Notes: generated from the sequence alone by a model not told the origin. A DNA stretch of 64,000 bases from an uncultured Gemmatimonadales bacterium (GCA_947259585.1 CAMYMV010000009.1:40658-104657); one strand, 5' to 3'; shown: positions 46,240 to 54,220, numbered from the stretch's first letter. Numbers and translations: made by a program.

Positions 46240-46294
46240 ATTAACGAATCTTGTGGTGACCTTCACGGTTCCTTGAGTCACTCAACCTTAGGAT
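46240..46294 (+). promoter_or_regulatory. Island operator/promoter site I
   Basis: ATTAAC-N4-CTTGTG-N5-CTTCAC-N5-CTTGAG-N11-TAGGAT. Confidence 0.65.
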
Positions 46295-46372
46295 GTTGAA
46301 AGAGGACGAGGGGCCAACCCTCGATAGATGGACGAACCTGCCGCTCCGGTGGCTGATTAAGGAGATATTCAG

Positions 46373-46912
46373 ATGAAACGAACTTCGGTCCTGTTGAGCA
46401 TTCCGGTGCTGTTGGCGGGTTTCGTGGGTTGCTCGAGCGACGACATTGCCGGGCCGGGCGACACCGAGACGGTGTTTCTCAGTGTAGTTCCTCAGGGAGG
46501 GAGCGTCGACGTGGCTACCGGGTCGACCGTGACAGTCAGGTTCGACCACTCGATGAATCCGGTGATGTCCGAGTACGCTGCTGTCCACGAGGGCGACCTC
46601 ACGGGTCCCGAGGTCGCAGGCATTTGGGCTTGGTCGGACAACAATATGACGCTCACTTTCACGCCGAGTCAGCCTTTCAAGCCCGCCACCACGTACATGA
46701 TTCACCTCGGCGGAGGGATGATGGACGCCGAAGGTGATCACGTGAACTTCGGTCAACATGGACCCGGGATGGGCGGTCAGTGGGCCACGGGGGACATGAT
46801 GGGCGGAGGCCACATGGGCGCCGGTCCTGGCGGGGCTCACATGGGACAAGGCTGGGAGCACCCGACGAACGGGAGCTTCGGCATGGTGTTCAGCTTCACT
46901 ACCGCCAGTTGA
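46373..46912 (+). CDS. Lipoprotein with Ig-like domain and Gly/Met/His-rich tail
   Basis: LLAGFVGCSS lipobox. The C-terminal part is GGGMMDAEGDHVNFGQHGPGMGGQWATGDMMGGGHMGAGPGGAHMGQGWEH. The ATG follows AAGGAG. Confidence 0.78.
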   Translation: MKRTSVLLSIPVLLAGFVGCSSDDIAGPGDTETVFLSVVPQGGSVDVATGSTVTVRFDHSMNPVMSEYAAVHEGDLTGPEVAGIWAWSDNNMTLTFTPSQPFKPATTYMIHLGGGMMDAEGDHVNFGQHGPGMGGQWATGDMMGGGHMGAGPGGAHMGQGWEHPTNGSFGMVFSFTTAS

Positions 46913-47046
46913 ACCCGTAGTTGGTTCAGGGTCGCCGGACCCGCGGAAACTAGCCACAGCACGCGGGACCGACGGCCTTTCTTCACCATCGCCAAGCTTT
47001 GATACTTCCCACTCTCAGACTCGCGGAGGATCCCTTGACCAACAGA

Positions 47047-47493
47047 ATGGTGCTCATTGCCGTTGCCGTATTTGCTGCTGCTCCACTCTCGGCGATGGGG
47101 CAGGAGGCTCAGGGCCCGGAGAACGTCGTTCGCGCGTTCCATGAGGCACTCGCCGCCGGCGACTCCGTGAGGGCGCTGGAGCTGCTGGCGGAGGACGTGG
47201 TGATCTACGAGTCCGGGGGAGTGGAAGCCTCACGGGAGGAGTACCGGTCGCACCACCTGCCAGCCGACATCGCGTTCGCAAGCTCGACGGAGCGAGAAGT
47301 GACTCTTGAGCGGTCAGGCAGGAGCGCTGACGTCGCGTGGGTGCTCAGCCGGTCGACGACGACCGGCACGTTCAGAGAGCAGGAGATCAACAGCATCGGG
47401 ACGGAGACGATACTGCTCGAACTTACACCCGACGGATGGCGGATCCGGCACATCCATTGGTCGAGTCGCAGAGCGTCGCCGCCGGAGGATTAG
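47047..47493 (+). CDS. Secreted NTF2-like (SnoaL/DUF4440-type) protein
   Basis: Signal peptide, then VVRAFHEALAAGDSVRALELLAEDVVIYESGG...GWRIRHIHWS. Confidence 0.7.
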   Translation: MVLIAVAVFAAAPLSAMGQEAQGPENVVRAFHEALAAGDSVRALELLAEDVVIYESGGVEASREEYRSHHLPADIAFASSTEREVTLERSGRSADVAWVLSRSTTTGTFREQEINSIGTETILLELTPDGWRIRHIHWSSRRASPPED

Positions 47494-47756
47494 ACCGGCT
47501 GGCCAATCCCCGCGGCCCGTAGCCGATCCTCGTTGGGACCACCAGTCGTGCAGCACGACGCAAGCGCTCCGTCCACCGCGACAGCAGGTACCGAGCGAAC
47601 GCCGTAGAGCTTCGCACGCCCCGCAACCCCCGGGTCCTGCATGTCCAGGACGGTCACGTCACACGAGGGACAAGCGATCTCCCCAACCAGCTGAATCGCC
47701 TGTTCGCAGACCGGGCAGCCGGCGCTGAAGATCTCCACTTCTCGCGAGTTATCCAT
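47490..47756 (-). CDS. Small thioredoxin-fold protein (Thioredoxin_3-like) with CPVC and CPSC
   Basis: VEIFSAGCPVCEQAIQLV...CPSCDVTVLDM...VRSVPAVAVDG. Confidence 0.78.
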   Translation of the reverse strand: MDNSREVEIFSAGCPVCEQAIQLVGEIACPSCDVTVLDMQDPGVAGRAKLYGVRSVPAVAVDGALASCCTTGGPNEDRLRAAGIGQPV

Positions 47757-47775
47757 TTCATACCTCCAAGTTGGG

Positions 47776-48417
47776 CTACGGCGGGTCGGCGTTCAGCAGC
47801 TCGCGGATCTTCGCCGCTAGCCGATTGACGTCGAATTGGGGCCACGGCCGATCGTACTGATCGGCGTGAGCGTCCTCCACGTGATCCGGTCTGGGGGGAC
47901 CGGACTCTTCCCATCTCGCCTCGGGACCAAAAGCCAAAAACACTCCGGCGCACGGACCCGTGAGTTCGAGCCTCTCCGTGTACGGCCCGATCACGGCTCC
48001 CTCGGTGTCCCAGTACTGGATCGCCCTTTCATCCGTGACCAGCTCGAGCACCCGGTCAATATGCTTTTCTTGCGCGCCGTTTCGCGGCACCCAAACGACG
48101 TAGGGCCGCAGGTTGGGATCGTCGTTCTTCTCGAGCAGCTTCTTCTGGACTTCGGAGGCCCCCCGAAGACATCCGCCTCATGTAGGGGCGACTAGCATGA
48201 GGACGCGGACTTTCCCGGTATCGGCGTTGAACGAGCCCCGCAGCGGCTCGGCGTACTCATCGAGTCCGATGTAGTCAGCCGCAATCGCCGGCTCGAAGGC
48301 AGTTGGGAGCTCAGCCCTGTTTTGAGCGACGTCCCCCGGTCTTAGAGAAGCCCCGAGGATGAGAGCTACGCCGACAACCGCGAGAGAAAGGAAACCGCTA
48401 CTGCCGCTGGTCTTCAT
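47776..48417 (-). CDS. Membrane-anchored TlpA/ResA-like thioredoxin-fold protein with in-frame TGA at the first redox Cys (candidate selenoprotein, UGGC)
   Basis: Track ORFs 48178..48555 and 47776..48090 are in the same frame; only the TGA at 48180-48178 interrupts them. Read-through gives ...GKVRVLMLVAPT-U-GGCLRGASEVQKKLLEKNDDPNLRPYVVWVPRNG.... A hairpin lies 3-30 nt after the TGA. The ATG at 48417 follows GGAGATG. Confidence 0.55.
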
Positions 48418-48433
48418 GGTTCCACATCTCCGG

Positions 48434-48781
48434 TCAGAGCCACTGAAGGTCTGTGGCGATATTGAGTAGCAGGGCAGCGATCCAGAGTGAGACCGACCCC
48501 CATAGAATGATCCGAGCGATGCGGGCACTCCGCGTTGAGCACGCAGGGTCGACAAACCGGGATCGTCGGTGCCTCACCCAGAAGGCGAGGGCGAGCAGCA
48601 GGAAGGAGCCGGTCAAGAGGTAGCCTCGGTACGGTTTGATTCCCGCCGCGAGAATCATCCCGTTCACGCCGAGAAGCGTGAGCGCCAACGGACCGACGCA
48701 GCATAGTCCGGCTGCGGCGCTCGCCACGGAACCAGCGACCGCTCCGAAGGCAGATCCCAAGTCGGCAGCGCGCTCCCTCAT
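48434..48781 (-). CDS. MerT-like mercury/metal transport membrane protein
   Basis: The first TM helix carries AAGLCCVGPLALTLLG (the vicinal Cys pair typical of MerT). Three TM helices in total. Confidence 0.7.
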   Translation of the reverse strand: MRERAADLGSAFGAVAGSVASAAAGLCCVGPLALTLLGVNGMILAAGIKPYRGYLLTGSFLLLALAFWVRHRRSRFVDPACSTRSARIARIILWGSVSLWIAALLLNIATDLQWL

Positions 48782-49146
48782 CCCGCTCCCTTGGTGGTTT
48801 CACGGCTATGCGCCATCCTTAAGGCTGCCATGATGACGACGACCGGCGGGGCACCGGTTAAGCGTCCATCCTCCCCCAGGTAGAGCCGGCAAGAATCGGC
48901 ATCCACCTCAACGCCATCCGTCGACACGTCCTTCCCATCGACCAGGATCGTCGGCGATGCGTAGTCGCGCGTGTAATTGGGACTTTCGCCGTGAGCCTGG
49001 TCCCATTCCTGCCACTCGGCTTCCAGTCCCGCCGTCTGGAGAGCTCTCTGCAATCGGTCGCGGGCCAGCCCAAGATTGGGACAATCGGGGGCGTAGATGA
49101 GTTCGACTTGTGCGCTCACGCTTCCAGGGCCTCCAGTATCGGGCAC
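48778..49146 (-). CDS. Thioredoxin-like-fold protein with a single CP motif, mer-operon associated
   Basis: VELIYAPDCPNLGLARDRLQRAL...YASPTILVDGKDV...SCRLY. The family is not firmly recognised. Confidence 0.55.
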   Translation of the reverse strand: MPDTGGPGSVSAQVELIYAPDCPNLGLARDRLQRALQTAGLEAEWQEWDQAHGESPNYTRDYASPTILVDGKDVSTDGVEVDADSCRLYLGEDGRLTGAPPVVVIMAALRMAHSRETTKGAG

Positions 49147-49517
49147 TCGCCCGTGGCGCGTCGGTCCCGGCAGGCATCGGCAAGCGATTCGAGGGATCGC
49201 TTCATCCGACGAAGAGCTTCGATCTTCTCATCGATATCTCGCAGCTTGATCTCTGCGTGGTGTAGGACTTCTTCGCAGTTAGATGTGGGATCTACGCGTA
49301 GCTCGAGCAGCTCGGAGATGTCATTGAGCGAGAAGCCGAGAGCCTGGGCGCGTTTGATGAAGCGGACGCGGTCCACGTTGGCTGTGCTGTATTGGCGGTA
49401 GCCACTCGGTGAGCGTTTAGGCACGGGCAGCAACCCTCGCCGCTCGTAGTATCGGATCGTCTGCACGTTCACGCTCGATCGATCGGCGACTTCTCCGATG
49501 TTCATATCAGTGGCCAT
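49116..49517 (-). CDS. merR: Hg(II)-type MerR transcriptional regulator
   Basis: HTH region MNIGEVADRSSVNVQTIRYYERRGLL. The Cys triad NCEE...ADAC-x8-CPILE matches the C82/C117/C126 spacing of Tn501-type MerR. Confidence 0.88.
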   Translation of the reverse strand: MATDMNIGEVADRSSVNVQTIRYYERRGLLPVPKRSPSGYRQYSTANVDRVRFIKRAQALGFSLNDISELLELRVDPTSNCEEVLHHAEIKLRDIDEKIEALRRMKRSLESLADACRDRRATGECPILEALEA

Positions 49518-50064
49518 GGTTTGCCTCCCACCGGTCGATCTGGTCGAGTGCCCCAGGGCAGTAATGCTCCTTCGTAGAGCGACCCGTCATCAAGGTCCAC
49601 AGATGCGGGATCGCTCGCATCTCGCAGCCCGGGGTCGCTAACAGAGCAGACAGAACGAACGAGATGCCGAGATGAGCGGAGAAGTAAGCAAGCCACGCCA
49701 GAACGAAGAGGCCGACGGGTGGTGCCCACCACGTGCCGTATACCGCGAGGTCGATGGCAAGCGCGAGAGCAGCCAACACCGCGACGACGACCTGCGGCGC
49801 TCGCCGCCAGTTCTTCGTGAGGCCGATGTTGATGACGTAGGGCGTGAGCCAGAATGCGAGGATGATAAAGAGCCACCATTCGATAGGGCTGGGAGGGGTC
49901 GTGTCGACCAGTACTATCCAGCCATACCGCAGTAGCGTGTACAGCGCCCACAGAAGCCACGCCCCGAATACGAGCCGGACGGCTCGCCCGATGAGGCCGG
50001 GCTTTCTCAGCGAACCCTGCTCTTCGAATACGGTCTTGATCTTACGGCTCGGGTGGTCAGCCAT
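49507..50064 (-). CDS. Polytopic membrane protein with C-terminal Cys pair (GCEM...HYCPGALD), unknown family
   Basis: 185 aa with 4-5 TM segments. It is the first gene behind the MerR-type promoter. Confidence 0.65.
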   Translation of the reverse strand: MADHPSRKIKTVFEEQGSLRKPGLIGRAVRLVFGAWLLWALYTLLRYGWIVLVDTTPPSPIEWWLFIILAFWLTPYVINIGLTKNWRRAPQVVVAVLAALALAIDLAVYGTWWAPPVGLFVLAWLAYFSAHLGISFVLSALLATPGCEMRAIPHLWTLMTGRSTKEHYCPGALDQIDRWEANHGH

Positions 50065-50102
50065 GCCCGTACTCCTGCCTGCGTTTGCCCACGTCCCTCA
50101 TA

Positions 50103-50133
50103 ACCTAAACCCTATACCTAGGTATAGGGTCAA
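50103..50133 (-). promoter_or_regulatory. MerR-type promoter with 19-bp spacer containing a 22-bp perfect palindrome
   Basis: Minus strand reads TTGACC (50133-50128), a 19-nt spacer, then TTAGGT (50108-50103). The palindrome ACCCTATACCTAGGTATAGGGT lies at 50109-50130. The layout is the same as the Tn501 merT promoter (TTGACT-19-TAAGGT). Confidence 0.8.
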
Positions 50134-50278
50134 GGCCGGCCGAGCCGTCTGGTCCGTCGAATGAAGGAAAGAGAGCCCCGTTGAGCGGGGCTTTGCGAGA
50201 GCTGTCTACGGACGTCGGCGGCTTGTCAGCCTGGCATTGGGACCAATCCGACGTTTGACGGAACGTGCCCGTGGCGCT

Positions 50279-50304
50279 CATATATGAATACCTGTTCATA
50301 TGTG
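50279..50304 (+). promoter_or_regulatory. ArsR/SmtB-type 12-2-12 operator
   Basis: CATATATGAATA-CC-TGTTCATATGTG has 10/12 symmetric positions. It overlaps a candidate -10 box downstream of TTGACG at 50255-50260. Confidence 0.7.
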
Positions 50305-50317
50305 GAAGGGAGGGACC

Positions 50318-50692
50318 TTGGCCAGCCAGACCATATCACGCAGGTCGTCGGCGCTCTGTGACGTTCATGTTGTGCATGAGGATGCGGTGCACGGTGCGTT
50401 ACGAGACCAGCCGGATACCGAGTCGCTCACCTATCTGGCGGACACGTTTCAAGTGCTGGCCAATCCCACGCGACTGCAGATCGTGCAGGCCCTGGCCGGC
50501 CGCGAGCTATGTGTTTGCGACTTGGCCGCCGTCGTGGACAGCAGCCAGTCGGCGGTGAGCCATCACCTCCGGCAGCTGCGCCAGATGAGGATCGTGCGAT
50601 ACAGGAAAGAGGGCCGAATGGCCTACTACCGTCTCGACGACGAGCACATTGCCGCGCTCGTACGCATCGGGCTGGATCACGTCTGTGAGTAG
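50318..50692 (+). CDS. ArsR/SmtB-family metalloregulator (CadC/CzrA-like)
   Basis: FQVLANPTRLQIVQALAGRELCVCDLAAVVDSSQSAVSHHLRQLRQMRIV. The proposed TTG start at 50318 follows GGAGGG; the track start at 50300 lies inside the operator. Confidence 0.88.
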   Translation: MASQTISRRSSALCDVHVVHEDAVHGALRDQPDTESLTYLADTFQVLANPTRLQIVQALAGRELCVCDLAAVVDSSQSAVSHHLRQLRQMRIVRYRKEGRMAYYRLDDEHIAALVRIGLDHVCE

Positions 50693-50758
50693 GCGCACCA
50701 TTCGGTGCCCACCTGCTGACCGAAACAGCTCTGCTGCCCAATACCGATACGGCGAAAG

Positions 50759-52687
50759 ATGAGCGATCGCCGCAGATCCTCACCGTGGAAGACGCCCGAG
50801 GCCGTCAGGACATACGTCTCCGGTTTCTTGTGGCTAATCGGGATCCTCATCGTTCTGGGTACCGGTTCTCCGGACATTTCCGGCTGGCTCCGGGTGCGTC
50901 TCGATGCTGCCGGGCTTGTCTTTCTGGCGGCGGCCCTGATCGGCGGGTGGAACTTCTTCCCGAAGGGCATCCGCGCCGCCCGCACGCTCAAGCTGGACAT
51001 GAACTTCCTGATGACGGTCGCCATCATCGGGGCGCTCCTGATCGGAGAGCCCCTCGAAGCGGCGGCCATCGCCTTTCTATTCTCGCTGGCGGAACTCCTT
51101 GAGCATAGCGCCGTCGTGCGCGCCCGAAACTCGATCGATGAGCTGATCCGCCTCACACCCGAGCAGGCCACGCTGGTTGAGCAGGACGGGAGCGAGAGTA
51201 CCGTCGCCGCATCAGAACTGAAGAAAGGCGCGCACGTTAGGGTGCGTCCCGGGGAAAAGGTGCCGATCGACGGACGAGTCCTGGACGGAGAATCCGCCGT
51301 GGACGAGGCCACCCTCACTGGTGAGTCCGTACCTATTCCGAAACGCGTCGGCGACCCGGTCTTCGCAAGCACACTGAATCGCGACGGCTTCCTGGAGGTG
51401 GTAGCGGTTACCGACGCGGGCGACACGGCACTTGACCGCATCGTGCGCCTCGTGCGCGAAGCTCAGACTCGTCGCTCTCCAACCGAGCAGTTCGTCACAA
51501 AGTTCGCGCGCTACTACACGCCGGCCGTGACGGTCCTAGCTGCAGTGACCATGCTGGCCCCTCCGCTCCTCGGCATGGGCTCCGCGCTCACCTGGTTCGT
51601 GCGAGGCCTCACGCTGCTCGTTATAGCCTGCCCGTGTGCCCTGGTGATCGCGACACCTGTCACGGTGGTGAGCGCCATCACGAGTGCGGCGCGGAACGGG
51701 GTGCTGATCAAGGGTGGTGAGTACCTCGAGGCCCTCGGCGGCGTCTGCGCGATGGCGTTCGACAAGACCGGGACCCTCACCTATGGAAGGCTCGAGGTGA
51801 CCGACGTCGTACCGATGTCGGGCGATACGAACGAGGATCTTCTCGGCCTGGCCGCGGTCGTGGAGGCGCGCTCCGAGCATCCGATTGCGAAAGCCATCGT
51901 CGCCCGGGTAGGCACCTCGGCCCTTCAGAATGCGTCCGATGGCGGAGCGGAGGTCACCGACTTCCGGGCTCGGCCCGGACGCGGCGTGGTGGCACGGGTC
52001 GACGGAACGGAAGTGAGGGTCGGCACTCTGGAGCTGTTCCCTGACCTGCCCGTGCCAGATCGGATGTTGGAGTTGGAGCGGCAGGGAAAGACCGTGGTGC
52101 TCGTGGGGCGCGACGGCAGAGTAGCGGGGCTTATTGCGCTGGCCGACACGCTTCGGCCGGAAGCCCCTGAAGTCCTTCGTCAACTGCGACGCCAGGGCAT
52201 ACACGAGCAGGTCATGCTCACCGGCGATCATGAGTACGTGGCGCGCGCGATCGCGGGCCGGCTCGGGGTGGACAAGGTGTTCTCGTCGCTCCTGCCCGAG
52301 GAGAAAGTCGACGCCGTAACCGAGTTGGTCGCCGACCACGAGGGCGTGGCAATGGTCGGCGACGGGGTGAACGATGCACCTGCGCTGGCTGCCTCGTCGG
52401 TCGGGATCGCGATGGGTGGAGTCGGGTCACCGGCTGCGATCGAGACGGCGGACATCGCCCTCATGGCCGACGATCTGAACATGCTGCCCTACAGCCGGCG
52501 GATCTCCAGGCTCGCGCGCCGCCTCGTTCGGTTCAATATTGGCCTCGCGCTGGGGCTCAAGCTGCTGCTCGCGGCGGGAGCGATAGGCGGCGTCGTCAGC
52601 CTCCTCGTTGCGGTGCTTGTGGGCGACATGGGAGCGAGCATCGCCGTCACCCTCAACGCGATGCGGCTGGCTCATCTCCGGCCGTGA
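50759..52687 (+). CDS. P1B-type heavy-metal ATPase without N-terminal HMA domain (probably Zn/Cd/Pb type)
   Basis: ACPCALVIATP, FDKTGTLT, GDGVNDAPALA. Metal specificity is inferred only from the ArsR/SmtB partner. Confidence 0.9.
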   Translation: MSDRRRSSPWKTPEAVRTYVSGFLWLIGILIVLGTGSPDISGWLRVRLDAAGLVFLAAALIGGWNFFPKGIRAARTLKLDMNFLMTVAIIGALLIGEPLEAAAIAFLFSLAELLEHSAVVRARNSIDELIRLTPEQATLVEQDGSESTVAASELKKGAHVRVRPGEKVPIDGRVLDGESAVDEATLTGESVPIPKRVGDPVFASTLNRDGFLEVVAVTDAGDTALDRIVRLVREAQTRRSPTEQFVTKFARYYTPAVTVLAAVTMLAPPLLGMGSALTWFVRGLTLLVIACPCALVIATPVTVVSAITSAARNGVLIKGGEYLEALGGVCAMAFDKTGTLTYGRLEVTDVVPMSGDTNEDLLGLAAVVEARSEHPIAKAIVARVGTSALQNASDGGAEVTDFRARPGRGVVARVDGTEVRVGTLELFPDLPVPDRMLELERQGKTVVLVGRDGRVAGLIALADTLRPEAPEVLRQLRRQGIHEQVMLTGDHEYVARAIAGRLGVDKVFSSLLPEEKVDAVTELVADHEGVAMVGDGVNDAPALAASSVGIAMGGVGSPAAIETADIALMADDLNMLPYSRRISRLARRLVRFNIGLALGLKLLLAAGAIGGVVSLLVAVLVGDMGASIAVTLNAMRLAHLRP

Positions 52688-52716
52688 GCGACGGATCGCG
52701 GCTGCCGAGCATCTGA

Positions 52717-53811
52717 TCATGCTCCGGACGCTCGATCCTGTACGTATGGCTCGCCTGTCTGAAGGCTCTGCCACGCCCGGGTGAGCTCGCGTCCGAGGTA
52801 CGCAGCGTGGTCTAGCCGGCTCACCAGGTCCCGCCGGATCACTTCGTCGCAGACGGCCGACGGCGTCTCTCCCGCGACCACACAGTCGATCGCCCCGTTT
52901 GATCGATAGTGCTCAGCCACGAGGCGCGAGCGGGCCCGATCGGCGTAGATCACGAAGAAACCGGCGGGATCGAGAACGACGCGGCAGGAGGCACGTGCCG
53001 CAACCGTCATCATGTAATCATGGACCGACGCCCCGTCGACCGGTCCCGGGTCTCGGGCGACCCCATGCCGGATAGTCTCCAGGATGGGAACGTCCTTCTC
53101 CTCACCGACGAGATCGGAGAGCTCGACCTGATGGAGGAAAGCCTCGACCTGATGGCGCCCGACGTTGCTGAGGATCGCACGCTTGCCCCGTGCGCCGCGA
53201 ATCCGGCCTCGTTCGTCGACGCCACCCTCGAAAAGGCTCCGCAACGATTGACCCGGCAGGTGACCGACGGCCTGGCGTGTATCCCGTCCGCAGAGAACCA
53301 GGAACCGGATGTTCGGATTGGCAAGCACGTTCCGGATGATTCGCTCGATCCCGAGATTTTCGGTACGAAGTGTCCCCGCGATAGCGAGCCCGGCGGGAGC
53401 TTCCCTCGCCAGCCGCGTAGCTAGTCCCCCGCTGTTCAGTGTGCAGACGGCAACCGGGGAGTCGAAGCGCACGAGATGGTAGTCCCCAGGAAGAGGCGGC
53501 CAACCCCTACGCTCGGGTGACGCTTCGGTAGGGCAGGCACCGGCGTTCATGTCCGCTTCGGGAAACGCCTCCGTGAAGGCATTGATGGCCAACGCCGGAA
53601 AACACACGGGGCACCCGAGGCAGTCGTACTCCTTCGGCAAGAATGCCGATCGGGCCCTGTCCAGCACTGGCGCGAGATCCTCGTCGAGAGCACTTCCTTC
53701 CATAGCCCCGACGGCATCGTGGAAGCAGCCACAGGGCTGGCACTTCCGGGCACTCACCGCCCTGTCCAGCTGGGTTCGGATCTCGGCCGATGCTCTAGGC
53801 TTTCCGTTCAT
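52717..53811 (-). CDS. Cys-rich N-domain + MtrA-like domain + DUF4346-like C-domain protein
   Basis: CQPCGCFHD...EYDCLGCPVCF; GIERIIRNVLANPNIRFLVLCGRDTRQAVGHLPGQSL (MtrA-family block); DPAGFFVIYAD...VAEHY (DUF4346-like). The start overlaps the upstream arsR 3' end. Confidence 0.7.
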   Translation of the reverse strand: MNGKPRASAEIRTQLDRAVSARKCQPCGCFHDAVGAMEGSALDEDLAPVLDRARSAFLPKEYDCLGCPVCFPALAINAFTEAFPEADMNAGACPTEASPERRGWPPLPGDYHLVRFDSPVAVCTLNSGGLATRLAREAPAGLAIAGTLRTENLGIERIIRNVLANPNIRFLVLCGRDTRQAVGHLPGQSLRSLFEGGVDERGRIRGARGKRAILSNVGRHQVEAFLHQVELSDLVGEEKDVPILETIRHGVARDPGPVDGASVHDYMMTVAARASCRVVLDPAGFFVIYADRARSRLVAEHYRSNGAIDCVVAGETPSAVCDEVIRRDLVSRLDHAAYLGRELTRAWQSLQTGEPYVQDRASGA

Positions 53812-54214
53812 CCCAGCGCCCGTTCCGTGTCGTGCGGAAGGCTTGGCGCACTAAGTCCGCAGCCGACCTATGCGGGAGCGAGTAGTAGACCATCCTGCCG
53901 TCGTTTCGCCGCCGGAGAAGCCCGAGTCGGCGAAGCTTCCGCAGGTGATGTGAGGCCGCCGAGACACTCGCGCCGAGCACGTGGGCGACGTCGCAGACGC
54001 ACAGTTCCTCGCCGTCGCTTAGGGCCTCGATGATCCGAATCCGGGACCGATCAGCGAGAGCGGCGAACACGAGGCGGACCTCCTCGACCGCACCGTCAGG
54101 GGGCGATCCCGCCCTCAGCCTCCTAACGAGATCCTCGTGGAAACACGGAACGTTGCAGAGATCCGCGGATGCACGGAGGGAGACCGGACGCGGTGCAGGT
54201 TCATTCAAATGCAT
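53795..54214 (-). CDS. ArsR/SmtB-family metalloregulator
   Basis: LADRSRIRIIEALSDGEELCVCDVAHVLGASVSAASHHLRKLRRLGLL. The N-terminal part has CNVPC. Confidence 0.88.
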   Translation of the reverse strand: MHLNEPAPRPVSLRASADLCNVPCFHEDLVRRLRAGSPPDGAVEEVRLVFAALADRSRIRIIEALSDGEELCVCDVAHVLGASVSAASHHLRKLRRLGLLRRRNDGRMVYYSLPHRSAADLVRQAFRTTRNGRWDERKA

Positions 54215-54220
54215 GTGCGA

